From Gnetum montanum (taxonomy: Eukaryota; Plantae; Gnetophyta), in contig MNCI01001065.1 in the NCBI GenBank assembly GCA_015680685.1, forward strand, positions 1,574,178 through 1,638,177: a DNA stretch of 64,000 bases. The letters run 5' to 3'. Shown here piece by piece: positions 1-13,998 of the stretch. The first letter of the stretch is position 1, and each line of letters starts with the position of its first letter. Both the position numbers and the translations under genes were made by a program. A model generated the notes under the pieces. The model saw only the letters and a list, made by a program, of their open reading frames with translations, searched no databases and had not been told where the DNA came from.

Positions 1-490
1 GATTACGAGCATTTAAGTGTGACTGCTTGGTAGCCCAGTGGTGTAGCTAGGGGGATCTACGCTTGGTAACCCAGTGGCGTATTTGGGGTCTGCGCTTGGT
101 AATCCCAGTGGCGTACCTAGGCCTATGCTTGGTAGTCCCAGTGGCAGTCGTGCACGAAGTCCAAGATGTGTACGGTTGATCAAGGAATCGGTTGCTCGTC
201 GCACTTAGGCTAGATTAGATTTTCTTACCCTTTTCCTCTTAGCTTAGATTAGTTAATATTATTTTCCACTACCATCAGGAGTAGCATTAGAATTAGAATA
301 CATCATACACCTCATCTAGACTAAACCATACATGACATATGCAAAACTAGTCTAGGTGGGAAGATAGCGAACTGCGACCTAAGGCTAACTATCTAGGTGC
401 TACAACTAGTCCATCTGCGGAGTTCGACCGGATTGTGCATGCGATGCTCGTTTTGTATGGTTGAGTGTAGGGGTACCTCGCCACTCATCA
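1..490 (+). mobile_element. 3' part of an Athila-like LTR (solo or 3' LTR, truncated by the window start)
   Basis: Ends in GTATGGTTGAGTGTAGGGGTACCTCGCCACTCATCA, the terminus shared with LTRs ending at 10254, 13998, 18606 and 59105 (-). No PBS follows. Contains 4 copies of a ~33-36 bp GCTTGGTA.CCCAGTGG repeat (25-146). Confidence 0.85.
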
Positions 491-824
491 ACTAGCCATA
501 TATACGCTTTTTCATCTTTCTCATGCTATTTAGTACTTTGTTCCATTTTACTCTACATTATACGCATTTCTCTTCTTGTCCTCTAGTGATTATTCCACAC
601 ATGTTTCTCTTTTTTTCTTTGTACTCACTAACATTGGGCAAAAAATGTTTGGCTTGGATTTTCAAATTTTGTTCCAATAGGTCCACTTTTAATTTGAGGA
701 AAATTATTTGAAAGTTTAGTTTTCCTAGACTATTTGATTGTCATAAGATTACCTAGCTCAATTTCATATTATGTTTTATTGAATCTTATTATTACAATGA
801 TTCCTACAACCATAGTAGCATGAA

Positions 825-1950
825 TGAGTTGAAGGGAGCTATTGATTAGTCCAAGCCTTTAATGAAAAGGAAGGCAATCATACTCAAGTGAAGGAAAGCT
901 TCTAGCACTCAAGGAGTGAAGAGGCATGAGTACTTGATCCATTAGAAGGATTAGTCAGTGAATGATGTTGTATGGTTCCATGAGATCAAACTTCATGAGT
1001 GGGATATCAACCCCTGCATCCTTATTTACATGATTTCACTTTTGAAGGATGGGAGAACTAGTGTAGCAACATCTCTTTTGATCTTCCTGTTCTTTTCCTA
1101 CATGTGTGTTTTATAGGTTTCAGGCTTTGTATAGATACTTTGGAGGTCATGGAGTCATCTTATCTAAGATTTGGGCTCTCAAGAGAGATTTCTTGGAAGA
1201 GAAGAGACATCTAGGCTAAGTTCAGAGCTTGTAGGAGACATCTTGGATTTTTGACAAATGTCTCAAAAAATAGGAGTTGTCTCAGACATTAGGCGAGACA
1301 TCTTAGCTACAATACAAGACATCTTAGCCAAAAGTGAGACATCACAAAAAGTTCAGAGATGATCCAAACAAGTAGGGAAACTTCCAAAATTGTTATTCCA
1401 AGTTTGGAAATAATCAAGAGAAGTTGGAAAAAGATGGAAAATAGTAGAAGATCTTTAGGTTGAGCATAAGAAAGGTTTCCTAGGGTTCTTATCTTGCTTG
1501 GTTAAGAAATATGGATTGTGTTTCATGCTTGTACACCACGAGAGGTCATGAAATGTCATAGAGTTGTAAATGCGATGTCATGAGATGTCAAGAGTGCACA
1601 CATGAAGTGAACATGAGTGTATTGTAGTTCTTGGTCAATTAAGTGGGTATTAGCCTAGTGTCTCTTATGTCTTATGAGTTGAGATCTCAGTCCCAGGTTG
1701 TGAAAAGGGCTCTCTATTGGTTATGGCTTACATTAAGGATAGCCATTATGTGTTTGTAGAGTCTTGAGCTCTGCAACATCATTTGAGTGTCTAAGATTGT
1801 TTGCCATTTTATGGGTTGTGAAACCCTATTATAATCTTTTCTTGAATAATTAAAGATAGCTATTTTTATTTTCTAGCAAATTAATTATCTTTTAATAATA
1901 TCTGGATTTAGTATTGGAAGGTGATTTAATATTGGAGTGAACCTACTTCA
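825..1950. mobile_element. Probable solo LTR with GAGACATCT repeats
   Basis: TGA...TTCA termini flanked by ATGAA on both sides (820-824, 1951-1955); repeated (G/A)AGACATCT motifs at 1200-1345; no coding capacity. Confidence 0.4.
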
Positions 1951-3594
1951 ATGAAACACCTTGAAAAGATTGTTGTCCTTCCTCTTAATTCATAGCCTTA
2001 TTGCATTTATTATGGATTGATAGGAATTCCTAATCATCGCATTAAATGTTGAGTTCTGCAATGCCTTTAGCAATCAAGAAAGCATCATTCAAAGAATGAG
2101 AAATAAGATAAGTCATCCTCTTCTAAATATAGTTAATAACTATAGCTTCAAAAATGTCATATAAGTGATATTCCTCCAAATGATAGGATAATTTGATTGA
2201 TGTTGTTATCCACCAAAAAATGAACTTATTGATAAGGTCATTTAGAGCCTATTTAATAGCTACAAAGGACATAACACTCATTCTTTGAGGAACAATAAAC
2301 TTGAAGCATTCAATGAAAGCTACTAATAGTTATTCTAAAGAGGTAATAGAACTATGAGACAAGGATCTATGCCATTCCAAAACTCTTCTAGAGAGAGAGT
2401 TAAAGAAACACTTTAGTATGATGTGAGGATAAGGAGCAATAAGCATGCATTCATTTCTAAATGTGACTACATGATTCAACCTTCATTTCATCATTGTACT
2501 TTGTAAAGGATGGCAATAAAATCCCCCTATGTAGAACTAGTATGGGAATGATAAAGCTCATAGGATCACTTAGAACCCGATCTAGAGAAATAGGAAAGCC
2601 TTCCTGCATAACCAATATCTTAGTTGCTTTTTCTTTAGTGCTTTAAAAATAAAACATAACATCATTGAGTAGTGCCAACAATTGTGGATCCACTCCATGA
2701 AAGTGAGGAGCAAGCTGATCCATAGTAACAAGTTATGATGTCAAAGGGGGATGCATGTATGAAATGGATTCAAATGTTTTGGAAGCAAGTATGCCTAATG
2801 AAATAAAATTAGGTGGATATAGGAGGAAATACTATGCATTACCAAGTTGGGAAATGTAAACATAGATAAGGTGATAGGAGTAGATAATGAAATAGAAAGA
2901 AAAAAAGGTATGATAGGCTAAGATTGAGGGATAGAATATATGAATCTAGGAAATGGATTAGGGAATTGGAAAAAACAATGATGGTTACTAGCATTATTGG
3001 AAGGAGATTGATGGTAAGATGGAGGAATAGAGCTCAGTGAAAGACTAAGGTTAGATGGTCCTATGCTAGAAGGAATTGATTCAAGCAAAGAGATTTGAGC
3101 AGCTGTAACATTAATGTTATGTATATGATGCAAAAGAGTATTAATCTTACCAAGCCCTTTAGTTCAGTTCTTCATTTTTATTAGTTAGATGAATGGCTTA
3201 TTCTAAGGTTGCCCTACCCCTTTTGTTGATTTCCAATTGATTCCAACTAGTCTTTGACCCTTTTTTATTTAGGGGTATCCTCCTATTTATAGGCCGTAAA
3301 AGCTACATAGATCATGAAGAAATGATGCATTAGGACTCACATAAGAGAAATGACATGCGCAAATGAAGTAGCATAAAAAATATAGCTAATGTGGAAAATT
3401 ATGTTGGACATCAAAGTAGGATCGACATTAAATGTCAAAGAGAAAAATGACTTTGAAGATGAAGACCATAAACTATGTTGTCAATGATGCAGAATATCAA
3501 ATCAGGAACTATTGAAGATGGCTTGAGCTAGAAAAGCCATAAAATGTGCCCAAAACTCTGACACATATAGAAAAAAGCCAAAGTGGGTACAACA
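1951..3594 (-). mobile_element. Ty3/gypsy (Tat-like) remnant: 5' LTR start plus decayed gag
   Basis: Minus strand starts TGTTGTACCCACTTTGGC at 3594, with a TATA box (GCCTATAAATAGG) near 3285. Minus-strand translation at about 2300-2520 gives LPSFTKY..SHI and TLSRRVLEWHRSLSHSSITSLE*LLVAF, resembling retrotransposon gag. Confidence 0.5.
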
Positions 3595-4099
3595 AGCAGG
3601 CCACCTATCACCATAGGTAGACCATTATCATGAATCAACCAAATAAAAATCTTATTCTTAAATTGTCATTAAAATCTCCAAAGATATTTAAAGATTGTCC
3701 TCCATTATCTAATCCTCTAATTCATTTTCCAGTTAAGGTTCAAATATTGGAGGTGATTTTATAATGAAATAATTTTATTGACAAATTTAGAAAGTTAGAA
3801 ATCTCATAAATTATAGTCATCAACCCATAGCCAATAATGTTGAAGCTTTTAGTGAAATGTTGATGGCACCTTAACTTGTTTGGTAATGAGAAAGAGTATA
3901 GCTTGCAATAATAGTTGATAGTTTTGGAAAGAAGGAAACTTTATTATATTTTCTACTTGCATGACATCATATGAAATCTTTTTAACACTTGAAAGGAAAA
4001 TTTCTTAACATGTTTAATGAAATATGACTAAAGTTTTAAAATGCATGGCCCATAGAAAATAACCACCAAAGATAATAAAGGCAAAATTAATGTAAGTTC

Positions 4100-5400
4100 A
4101 CCCATTGAAAATGCTACTTGAGATAATGAGATGTTATTTGTCATTTTTGCCACATGGCTTTTAAAAACTAGGATCCCTTAATGTTAAGAGAAACATGATA
4201 GGTAACCTAATTGAGCCACAAGAGATGCATAAAGGATTTGCTAAAAGCAAAGTCTAAGAAATTTTCTTCATCCTTCCTTACATTTCATAGCACAAAGGAC
4301 CTATGTAATAGATAAAACTAAATCTTGCTTAAGTAAACCAACTCTGAAAACAATGCCAAACTTTGAATCTCAAGTTTAATAAGTGAAAAATACAAAAATA
4401 TTTTCTAATATTTATAATTGTTATTTTTAAAACTTTAACAATGTTTAATCAAAAGTTTGTCAAGTTCCTCCTTATTTCAATTTTTAACATGTTGCACAAG
4501 CTTTACTTGAGGCCAAGTTCGACAACAATGATCACCATCATTTTTTTGGAAAGGTAATAAATCTTTCATTCAATATAACCAAAGCCATGAGCAAAACTAA
4601 ATTTTTTCCAAATATAAATTTTGACAATATTTTACATCTTTCTATAACTACTTCTTTTAGGAGTAAGAAAAGATAGGTAATATATGTAGGTTGAAAACAA
4701 AATATGCTTAGCCATAATGAGCCTTCATGTTAGTGACAAGTTCCATTGAGACCACATATTTGTTTTTTTCTAAATTTTTTGAGATGATATCATAACTAGG
4801 AAATGAAAGGAATGATAGAAATAAGCATTTCAAGAAACTTAAATGTCACATGTGGTTCAAGCCATTTAAAAGGAAAATTCAAACTATTAATTTTAGTAGA
4901 TGGTCTAATTGCTTGAGATTTATCCCATTTGATTTTGAACCCCAAGGCATCACAATATGATTAAATGATATTTATGACATTTTGAATCTCTGATTGATTG
5001 TCTTTTAGAGAAAAAAGATGTCATTTGCAAATTGGTTAATATAGGTGCTTCCTAAAAATCCTAAAAGAGACACTCCTTAAATGCTCTTCCCCTTGTTGGC
5101 AAAATCAAAAGCATACCCCAAAACACTAGAGGCAATGATAAATAGAAAAGGGGCAAGATAATAGCCTTGTCTAATAGATCTTTGTAAAGGGAAATATTCA
5201 ATTAATTTGTCATTGACTAAAACTCTAGAAGATTTTCTAGTAGAAGATAAACATGATGAACAAATAGTTGACCAAATTACATATGCTCAGTGGTTTTAAA
5301 AATAAATTGACATTTAATCCAATCATAAACTTCAATAAAATTCAAATTTAATGAAAATATTGTTGAGTATATTCTTTTGCCCAAGACAAGGCTTTCGTAG
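4100..5400 (-). pseudogene. Decayed LINE (L1-like) ORF2 reverse transcriptase
   Basis: Minus-strand fragments EYFPLQRSIRQGYYLAPFLFII (RQGxPLxP motif), QFAND (QFADD) and LGFKIKWDKS, with multiple stops. Boundaries approximate. Confidence 0.7.
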
Positions 5401-6183
5401 GGTTAGGACGAATATATGTACCTAAAATACACTCAGTTTACATTATGTGATACTTAAGCTTGGAAAGTGCCATTATTTTATAGCTTGTGTCCAGCAAAGT
5501 AACGCCTCTTCAACTTTTTAACCGAGTACAAATGGTGCCGATGTGATTCGCTTAAGCTTGAAAGGTACAATTATTTTATAACTTATGCGAAGCAAAGAAC
5601 CGCTCTCCAATAGTTTTTTAACCGAGTAAGATCTCTTTCTCTGGGTAAAAGTTTGATCATAGCCATGTTAAATACCTTGCTTAATGAACCCTTTCTCGCA
5701 CGCAATAAGAGCCTGGTTTAATAGAGGACTAAAACCGTTGTAAAATGCAAGGAAAAATTATCAATATTGGAGTTTTATCACTGAGACAGATTAGGTTCTT
5801 CTAAACTCAATATTCTCTAAGGAAAGCAGGCGATCCATGCATCAGGTCATTTACCTTTGATTTTTCATTTTTTCTGAGGATACCAGACAATTATTTTCGA
5901 GACATTGTTTGCTCCACCGAAATGCCTTGAATTATTGAAAGGACGGCTGCCGGCTCTGGAAAACGCTGTTGGCTACGAGAAACTCGAGCTATAATGTCAA
6001 AAAGATTTCTGCAATTGTTTCAATCATGACCCCCAGTGTTGTACTTATTCAATCACCATGGAGCCTTTCATTACAACCCAACTAGCAGCAAAACAGCTAG
6101 CTTCGCTCTGAAGAGCCAACAAATTAAATTAAATCAGCAGAAAACGAACAAAATTGGGAACATAAAAAGGGCAAAATCATATA

Positions 6184-6615
6184 TCAGGGATCCCACAGGG
6201 CAAGGGCATAAAGGAAAAATGCAGAAGCAGCAACCACAACAGCAGCAAAAACCGGAGGAACAACGTAATCCAGAGCAGATTTCTTGAACAGAGAAGACGG
6301 CAGGCACAAAACATGAGCAGGGTCATCCAGAGGAACCCTGATAAATTTCCTGACTGCAGACGCCGCTGCAGCTACTGCTTCTGGTTCGCCTTCCATTAAT
6401 GGCGGATTGCATTGTTTGGAGAAATTGGAGTGCGACGAAATTGCAGAACCAAATGCAAGTTCCTGTGAAACTGAGGCCACTGTGACCACAGCAGCAAGCA
6501 CAGCCGTCCACTGAAGGCCGTACAGAATGGCGGGCCTGCACAGAAGCCCCAGGGCCAAGCTATTTTGCCTCTGAATCATCCTGCAAATTCTTTTCACAGT
6601 TCCCATCACACCCAT
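6184..6615 (-). CDS. Conserved plant uncharacterised small membrane protein (143 aa, two hydrophobic segments)
   Basis: Intact ATG-to-stop ORF in a CpG-retaining, GC-richer island. Pattern TM - ASVSQELAFGSAIS..S.FS..C - FIRVPLD.P..VLCLP..L.KKS.LD..VP.VFAA.VVAASA - W, recognised as a plant-specific family of unknown function. Confidence 0.85.
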   Translation of the reverse strand: MGVMGTVKRICRMIQRQNSLALGLLCRPAILYGLQWTAVLAAVVTVASVSQELAFGSAISSHSNFSKQCNPPLMEGEPEAVAAAASAVRKFIRVPLDDPAHVLCLPSSLFKKSALDYVVPPVFAAVVVAASAFFLYALALWDP

Positions 6616-7544
6616 TATTTGTTTCTTGTTGGCTTTCTTTCTTCCGTCTTCCGGCTCTGTGCTGATTTGGGGGAATGAATATAAGGTTGCAGGGTATTAT
6701 CAAGCATGGCTGGTTCGTTTTCTTACAAGTACTGGAGTTTTGCTTCTGGGTAACCTAACCTGCCTGTACTTGCTTGCTTGCTCGCCCAGAATGTCCTGAA
6801 AAGCATTTTGAAGGCTGCACGATTATTATTGTTATTTCTGTGCACTTTATGGTTGTTTAACCGATTCCATACAGTTTTGTTTGGCCCGTTTCTGTACCAA
6901 CTGCTTGACGTTGGTGTTCGGTGGCTTGCTAGTGCTTTAGGTGTTTTATTAGAGCTTTGATTCCATATTTGTGTGCATTTCTAATTGTGATTGGGTTATT
7001 AGTTTGACCAATGCTGCAGCATTGAGCATTTCTGGAACGAAAACTGTCTAAATGCCTTGAGGGGAGAATCAGGTATTTTAAAACATAAATCTGTCTTCAT
7101 TCCACAGATACAGTGGTTTTAAAACCACCATTAGAGAGCCGTGCACCATGGGCTGCAAGTCTCTTGCTTATTACCGTAGAAAATTGCCATGGCAGATGCC
7201 AACAATGGGTGCACTGCACCAAGGATGGTCAACGTATACGGTGCAGATAACTACCTTACCCTTGTTTATGCATTGTCTCATACAAAAATCTAAATTCAAA
7301 GGTTTCATCACACGATATCATGCTCACTGAAGCATGGGACTAATAGCACGACCTCATGAAGGGGCTAGTCGTTGGTTGGCGTTGGATGATTTGGATCTTT
7401 GAGGCATCCTTTCGTTGCAAGTCTTCGTTAACGATTCTGAATGTGAGTCAAATTAAGAAAGATTTTAAAGGAAGTGTTCAAACCTCAAAAAAAAATTTAA
7501 TAATATTTACCCTCTAAAATATGTAGTTGAATTAGAATTTTATA

Positions 7545-8745
7545 GGGTGTTGGACCCCAATATATATATATTAAAAATAAAAATTCAAAGTACAAAAGCA
7601 AAAGGAGTAATGCAAAGAAAAGAAACTCCAACTCAATAAAAATGAAAGGCCTAATTGTTTTGGAGATGCCTTTTCAAGTTTTCATCCTTACAACCAATCT
7701 TGAAAAATCTAGCCTCTAGGAAAGAAATTGAACATTCTATGAAAAGATTAACATTGGGTGAAGGGGGAGGAGGCCCCCACCCTATCAATAGAATCAATAT
7801 TATTAAAAGATATTATCTCCATATCTTCAGCAATAGCTGCAAACAAATTATTAGTAGTTAAAATATCTTAAAACATGTTGTCCATTCTTAAGATTTGGTA
7901 TGTAACCACCAATAGATAGACTTCCTCACATTTTTTATCATGAAGAACCATTTGGAAACTATCTAAATCAACAATAGGTTTCTATGAGACTTTAGGAACA
8001 AATATTTGTTTCCCCTTTGTCATTAAAAAATTCTTTGAAATTGATTTGACTTGAACCTTCCTCAAAAGTACATTTTGTTAAACAACAATAAACGAAAAGT
8101 GTGGGCTAATTATTGAAACATCAACAAAAGAGATCATTACAAAATTTGCAGTATCTATAAAAACACCTTAGTAGAATCTACAACATTTGTAAAAGAAACC
8201 TTAGTAGTGTTTGCACTACCATGATGCTCATGTGCTTGCATAGACTTTTTTAGTAGCATAAAAGAACATGAATTAAACATATAACCGGTTTAATAATAAT
8301 AGTGACATGACTTTGGAAGATTACAATAAACAACCTTTTGCATATACTCAATTGCACTAACATGCGGAAAAATTTCTCGCTTAAGTGAATCAAGATCCAC
8401 CTTAATCATATATCGAATTCTATGAAAACCACTAGCTATAGCTAGGGTTTCAAAATGCTTGATTAGCCTAATTCAAGAGATAATATTCCTTTTAATTTTT
8501 CAAAAATCAATGGAAGATTTGACAATTTAACAAAACAAGGAACCTTTTGAAATTCATAAGATGCTAGATATACAAAGGAAGTTCAATTTCAAATACTTAA
8601 GAAAGCATGATGATGATTGAAAACACCAATATCAAGAGCCTTAAAAACCATCGCTGAATTAACAAATTCTACCAACAAAAATAAGTTTAACAAACAACAT
8701 GCATAGACAACATTCAATCCTCAATCTTTCCAAACCAGCTTTAAA
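7545..8745 (-). mobile_element. LINE ORF1-only element (DUF4283/zf-CCHC remnant), copy 1, cut by hAT insertion
   Basis: Inverted homolog of about 54545-55712. Minus strand reads VYCNLPKSCHYYY*TGYMFNSC (degenerate CX2CX4HX4C). Ends in a TA-rich tail plus GGGGTCCAACACCC. Homology stops abruptly at about 8745, where the hAT end begins. Confidence 0.7.
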
Positions 8746-9022
8746 CTATGTTTCACAATGATTAGGAATATAGGAACGCGGGAACGCGTACCTAAACAAG
8801 TTTGGAAACAATATCCATTTTTTGAAAGGGAAGCTAGATGTATGTGGAACTTTAATATAAAAAGCTCATAAAATATATATGAAAATATACTTTAAATATT
8901 ACTTTTATAATTATTTATAAATAAAACATTTTTAAATTATAACAAACATTTATATTTTTATAATTTTTGAGAAACTCTAAAGGCTATATATCTAAACATT
9001 AAGCATAATAATTGAAAAATTA

Positions 9023-9334
9023 TTAATCCTCTTTAAAGAGATCATCATCCAAATCAACATCTATAATATTTTCATCTATATAAACATTAACTAAATCCAT
9101 TGGATCCCCTAGCTTATCTTCTTCATCAAATAGTTGCTCTTCATTTTTTGGATTAACATCCCAACGATGTGCAAGAGTTTTCTTGTATTCAATTTTAGCT
9201 CTTTTTCCTAAACAAATCATGTTATGAACAGCAACAAGCTTTTCAGCTCTACTAGTATTAAGTTTATTTCTTTTAGCTCTATGGATAAAAGGATAAGGAG
9301 ATCAATTTCTTTTTGCTACTGATGAAGAGGCAAC
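9023..9334 (-). pseudogene. hAT transposase last exon (dimerisation domain)
   Basis: VASSSVAKRN*S.YPFIHRAKRNKLNTSRAEKLVAVHNMICL matches the hAT C-terminal SSS..ERNWS....IH...RN.L...A.KLV motif; AG acceptor adjacent to 9334. Confidence 0.85.
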
Positions 9335-10255
9335 CTATCACAATCATATTAAACATTAAATATATGGAAATGATAAAATATTATGAAATAAAATACAAAT
9401 TTGATGAACCATGAATTGTCAGGCCCCGATATCGGATCCACGATATTGGGTATGCAATTTTGCGGCCTGGCTAACGATATCAAATACACGATATCGTGAT
9501 CTCTGTGTAAGCCTATAAATACACATTTGGATGCACAAGAAAAAGAGAGAAAAGTAAGTATAGAAGTAGAGTCTTTTTGTTATTTTTATTTCATCTCAAT
9601 TCTTTCCCCAGCGCATGCCCATAGTGTGATGATTGTAATTGTACGAAACCTTTGTTCGAGTGTGACGTACTTAGACACACACATGACCAGCAATAAAGAT
9701 TGAGATTACTTCATCATTGCAGCATTCACTTAGTTTAATTTCTTAACTATTATTTATTATTTTCTTAATTAATATTTCTTTACCTTCCTCTACTATCCCT
9801 GTTATTAAATGTAGAATGAGTACAACTTAATCACAAGCATTTAAGTGTGACTACTTGGTATCTCAGTAGCATATCTTGGAGTGCTTAAGTAATATGCGCT
9901 TGGTAATTCCAGAAGTAGTACACGGAGTTCAAGATGTGTACGGATGATTAAGGACGAATGCTCATCACACTTAGGCTAGCCTAGATTCTCTTCTCTCACT
10001 CCCTATTAGCTTAAAACAAAGTTATTTTCCATTGCCTTTAGGAGTAGCACTAGTTTAGGACCATATCATACACCTCACTTTGGACTAAACCATATGTGAC
10101 AAAGCAAATACTAGTCGAGGTGGGAAGATAGCAAACTATGATCAACGTGTAACTATATAAATACCACAACTAGCCCATCTGTGGAGTTCGATTGGATCAT
10201 GTGTGAATGCTCGTATTCGTATGGTTGAGTGTAGGGGTACCTAGCCACTCATTAT

Positions 10256-10274
10256 TGGCATCATTGCTAGGGAT
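10256..10274 (+). other. Primer-binding site complementary to tRNA-Asp
   Basis: TGGCATCATTGCTAGGGAT versus the tRNA-Asp complement TGGCGCCGTTGCCGGGGAT. All differences are C>T or G>A transitions. An Asp PBS is typical of Athila. Confidence 0.85.
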
Positions 10275-10386
10275 GGTTCTAGTTATCTAGATTAGTTATA
10301 TCATCCAAGATTGCTGTAAAGAAGTATTAATGAAATATCTTTTAGAGAGAAACTAATTGTAAATAAGTCACACATAATTCATAACA

Positions 10387-12950
10387 ATGTCTCTCTCACA
10401 AGACTATGACAATGCAACAACTAGTAAGGAAATTCATTGGAGAAGCAACGAATTATATGATGAAGAAGATGAAGTTTGGAGTACTCAATCTTATGCAAGG
10501 ATATCCTATGTACATAAACGAAGACAACATCATCCCAACTCACAAATTCATAACCTACCTAGTGACGATGAACCTTTGCTAGCCACTAAGAGCCTAATGC
10601 ATATACAAGAGTCTGTTCGAATATCCTGCAGGCATTGTAAGGAAAGTCGTCTACCCAAGCTTGATTTAAACAACTTCCCCAATTTTTAGGATGTTATGAT
10701 TTAGATTTGCAACATCATTTACAAGCCTTCCATGATGCCTGTGTATGGAACAATATTGATAATGGATGGTAGAAACTTAAGCTCTTTCCTACGACACTTG
10801 TTGGCCAAGAAAAAGTATGGTACAAGTCCTTAAGACCAAAATCAATTCGACATTGGCCGACAATGGTAGAACTCTTCAATGAAAGATATCAAACCTATGC
10901 AAAAGTGTCAGCCTTGAGGAAAAAAATCAAAGAGTAGAAACAAGCACAACATGAAACCTTGGACATGGCCTTAGAAAGATATTATGCATGGTTAAACAAT
11001 TGACCAAGCCATGGATTCTCTGAGGAAAGGCTAATGTACCACATCATAGCTGGGCTTCGTAATGAAACAAGGGAAACCCTAGGGATGTATGCCCAAGGTC
11101 AACTATATGAGCTATGAACCCACTAATTTCAAGAGCTTATTAAGCAGGTAGAAAAAGAAGAAGGAGAAATGGTTAAATGGGAGAATGTTGACAGCTCTCA
11201 ATGGGACCAAAATCTTGAATTAACAAAGGTCCATAACCATGAAGAGGAAAAATCAACTCACCTCAAGGAGGTGGAATCATCTTTGTCAATACAACAATCA
11301 CTTAATGAAATTGAGGCAAAGATCAATAAGATGACAAAATGGGTACATGAAAAATGTGGAGAATATGCCAATACTATTAGAGGTAGAACCATGATGAACC
11401 AAGAAGCAAGAAAGAACACCCTTAGACAATCAAAAAGAAGGGTTGAAGAGAATAAGAACTCAACTGCTAATCATACGTATCAATATAACTTTTGTCTGTA
11501 TGATAATCCCAAAGGTCAATGTCCAATCTGGTCACATTTACATGACCATTGGGGAGGAATGTTACACCCAAAGTTTGTATAGAAATACTGTGTTCAGTCA
11601 TAGTGGCCAAAATTCTAGTCATGGGGGAGGCCACCCCCAAACTAGTCACACCCTTCATATCATCTAAACCCAAGCGTGTATCAAGTTTAGCATCTTTTTT
11701 CCCCAACTAGGTTAACATCTTCTATCTCACCACATTGTTATCATTCTCCTAAGTACTATCAGCCCATGTCCTCTCCAACAAAGTCACCCCTTCATGTGCC
11801 TTACATTTCTCCTCAAATTCAATATTCTCATCTTTCACCCCCTTCTACATCACCACCAGTTGTGCCAAAAGGATTTTCACCACAGCATCAACCCACAAAT
11901 GCTACTTATGCTACTACTATCAACCGCAGTGTGAATCTTTCACAACATTGAAAGCATCCTTTCTTTAGGCATGACCAAAGAAAGAGACAACATAGTTCCG
12001 AGACCACTGCATCCTCCCACTTAGCACAAGTTCAACACTATGGTGCATCTTTCTCCTCCAATCCAAAGCCTCGTGTTACCTTATTAGGGCCACCAATCAA
12101 TACTCCAACAACCATGTGGCCCAATGAATATAACCACATAGGGAGACATATTGATCCTTGCATACCATCTTACAGTCAAGGGTGTTGTAGTGGGTCAACT
12201 CCTTATCAATTAACCACATCTTATAACTTTCCCCACTATGTCAACTTTAATCAAGTGTGTGAACCTCAATGTGGGTACAGTCCAACCACCACATCAAAAG
12301 ACACCCAATGGGTTGGATATGATTGGGTCCCAATATTTCTAAAATGCATGGATCCAACCGTTTCATTTATTAATTCTTGCCATGATCAAAAGTAGAGATA
12401 TGGGGGATATCCTTCATTCAAACAAGTAGAATTAATAAATATTTTTCATTTTTTTCATTTTTTCAATTTTTTGTTTTATCTTTTTATTTGTTGTTTTATC
12501 TTTTTGAGGGTAATCTCATCTACAAATAAAATACTCATGTGACTTGTCGGTTGAGGTGTTGTTCTATGCTATCAAGTCTCACGTGACTAATTATTTGAAT
12601 AGCGAGCCCGCAACATCCATCCACCCATTCTATTAATAAGAGGTTCTACTCTAGAAATGATCATATTCTTGTCATCATGAAAACTTAAAAGTAATTTTGT
12701 TCTCATTATGCCTAGAGCGAAAAATGATGAACTAAGAAGGAATGGCTAGGGTGTGACATCAAGGGAACTTGTGGATTCTCTCTGGTAACATCTATAGGAG
12801 TTATCATGCAGCTTGGTTGTACTAAGATCCTTGTAGATCTAATGACAATGGAAGTAAGAGCAATAAAGGCACTTAATAAAGAAACTCAATGCTGTTTTGG
12901 GGGTTCCACTGGAAAGACATGCACCCATGCCTAAAGGTTGGTGGCTTCTC
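10387..12950 (+). pseudogene. Decayed gag (and probable protease remnant) of the Athila-like element
   Basis: KLKLFPTTLVGQEKVWYKSL..SIRHWPTMVELFNERY...ALERYYAWLNN*PSHGF (Retrotrans_gag); homologous to 63500-63750 (-). Confidence 0.75.
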
Positions 12951-13301
12951 CAGTTCACTATTGGAAAGAACAAAGTGCCAAAGTAGCTAAAAAAATGTGC
13001 CACAGAGAAATTTCAAATTACTCCTCCCTTGGAAAAAATGCCAAGTGATCGTATGCCTTGCTGTCATGATGCTCTTATGGTTGTCCATCATGGGATGAAA
13101 TAATGCAATTTCACTGATCAAAGGAATGAACTTGGTCTTGATTTTGGAGCAACGAGATAATGATGCATTAATCACGTCTTGCGCTCAGGATTCATTATGC
13201 CCTGGGTTAGTTACCTCATGTCCCAATCTTTGCAATCCCTTCTATAATTCATGTCATCTTGCTGTTCATGAATTTATGACTTGTGTCTTTTGTAGCATTG
13301 T

Positions 13302-13998
13302 TGATGAGACGCGATATGCACAAGTTGCGATATCGCGTACGCGATATCGCGGTCGCCGTGATATGGCATCCCCTGCGATATCGCGTACACGATATCACGT
13401 CATTCCCTGCGATATCGTGTACGCGATATCGTGATCCGCTGCCAAATCTATAAATAAGAGGNNNNNNNNNNNNNNNNNNNNNNNNNNNNNNNNNNNNNNN
13501 NNNNNNNNNNNNNNNNNNNNNNNNNNNNNNNNNNNNNNNNNNNNNNNNNNNNNNNNNNNNNNNNNNNNNNNNNNNNNNNNNNNNNNNNNNNNNNNNNNNN
13601 NNNNNNNNNNNNNNNNNNNNNNNNNNNNNNNNNNNNNNNNNNNNNNNNNNNNNNNNNNNNNNNNNNNNNNNNNNNNNNNNNNNNNNNNNNNNNNNNNNNN
13701 NNNNNNNNNNNNNNNNNNNNNNNNNNNNNNNNNNNNNNNNNNNNNNNNNNNNNNNNNNNNNNNNNNNNNNNNNNNNNNNNNNNNNNNNNNNNNNNNNNNN
13801 NNNNNNNNNNNNNNNNNNNNNNNNNNNNNNNNNNNNNNNNNNNNNNNNNNNNNNNNNNNNNNNNNNNNNNNNNNNNNNNNNNNNNNNNNNNNNNNNNNNN
13901 NNNNNNNGTTTAGGCATTTAGTCTACGGAGTTCGACCAGATCGTGCGTGCTACGCTCATTTTGTATGGTTGAGTGTAGGGGTACCTCGCCACTCATCA
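13302..13998 (+). mobile_element. Young nested LTR (solo, or collapsed across the gap) of the same superfamily
   Basis: TGATGAG...ACTCATCA termini; TSD ATTGT (13297-13301, 13999-14003); CpG-rich CGATATCG repeats; TATA at about 13449; spans N gap 13462-13907. Confidence 0.88.

Noticed and set aside
6036-6287. 83-aa Gln-rich ORF on the plus strand
   Set aside because: Antisense shadow of the hydrophobic C-terminus of the real gene.
12987-13175. Conserved antisense ORF shared with 59984-60208
   Set aside because: Only a short CATGACA.CAAG similarity; no convincing protein alignment by eye.
13249-13917. 222-aa ORF (also the ORFs at 60752-61177)
   Set aside because: Artefacts of reading through N gaps.
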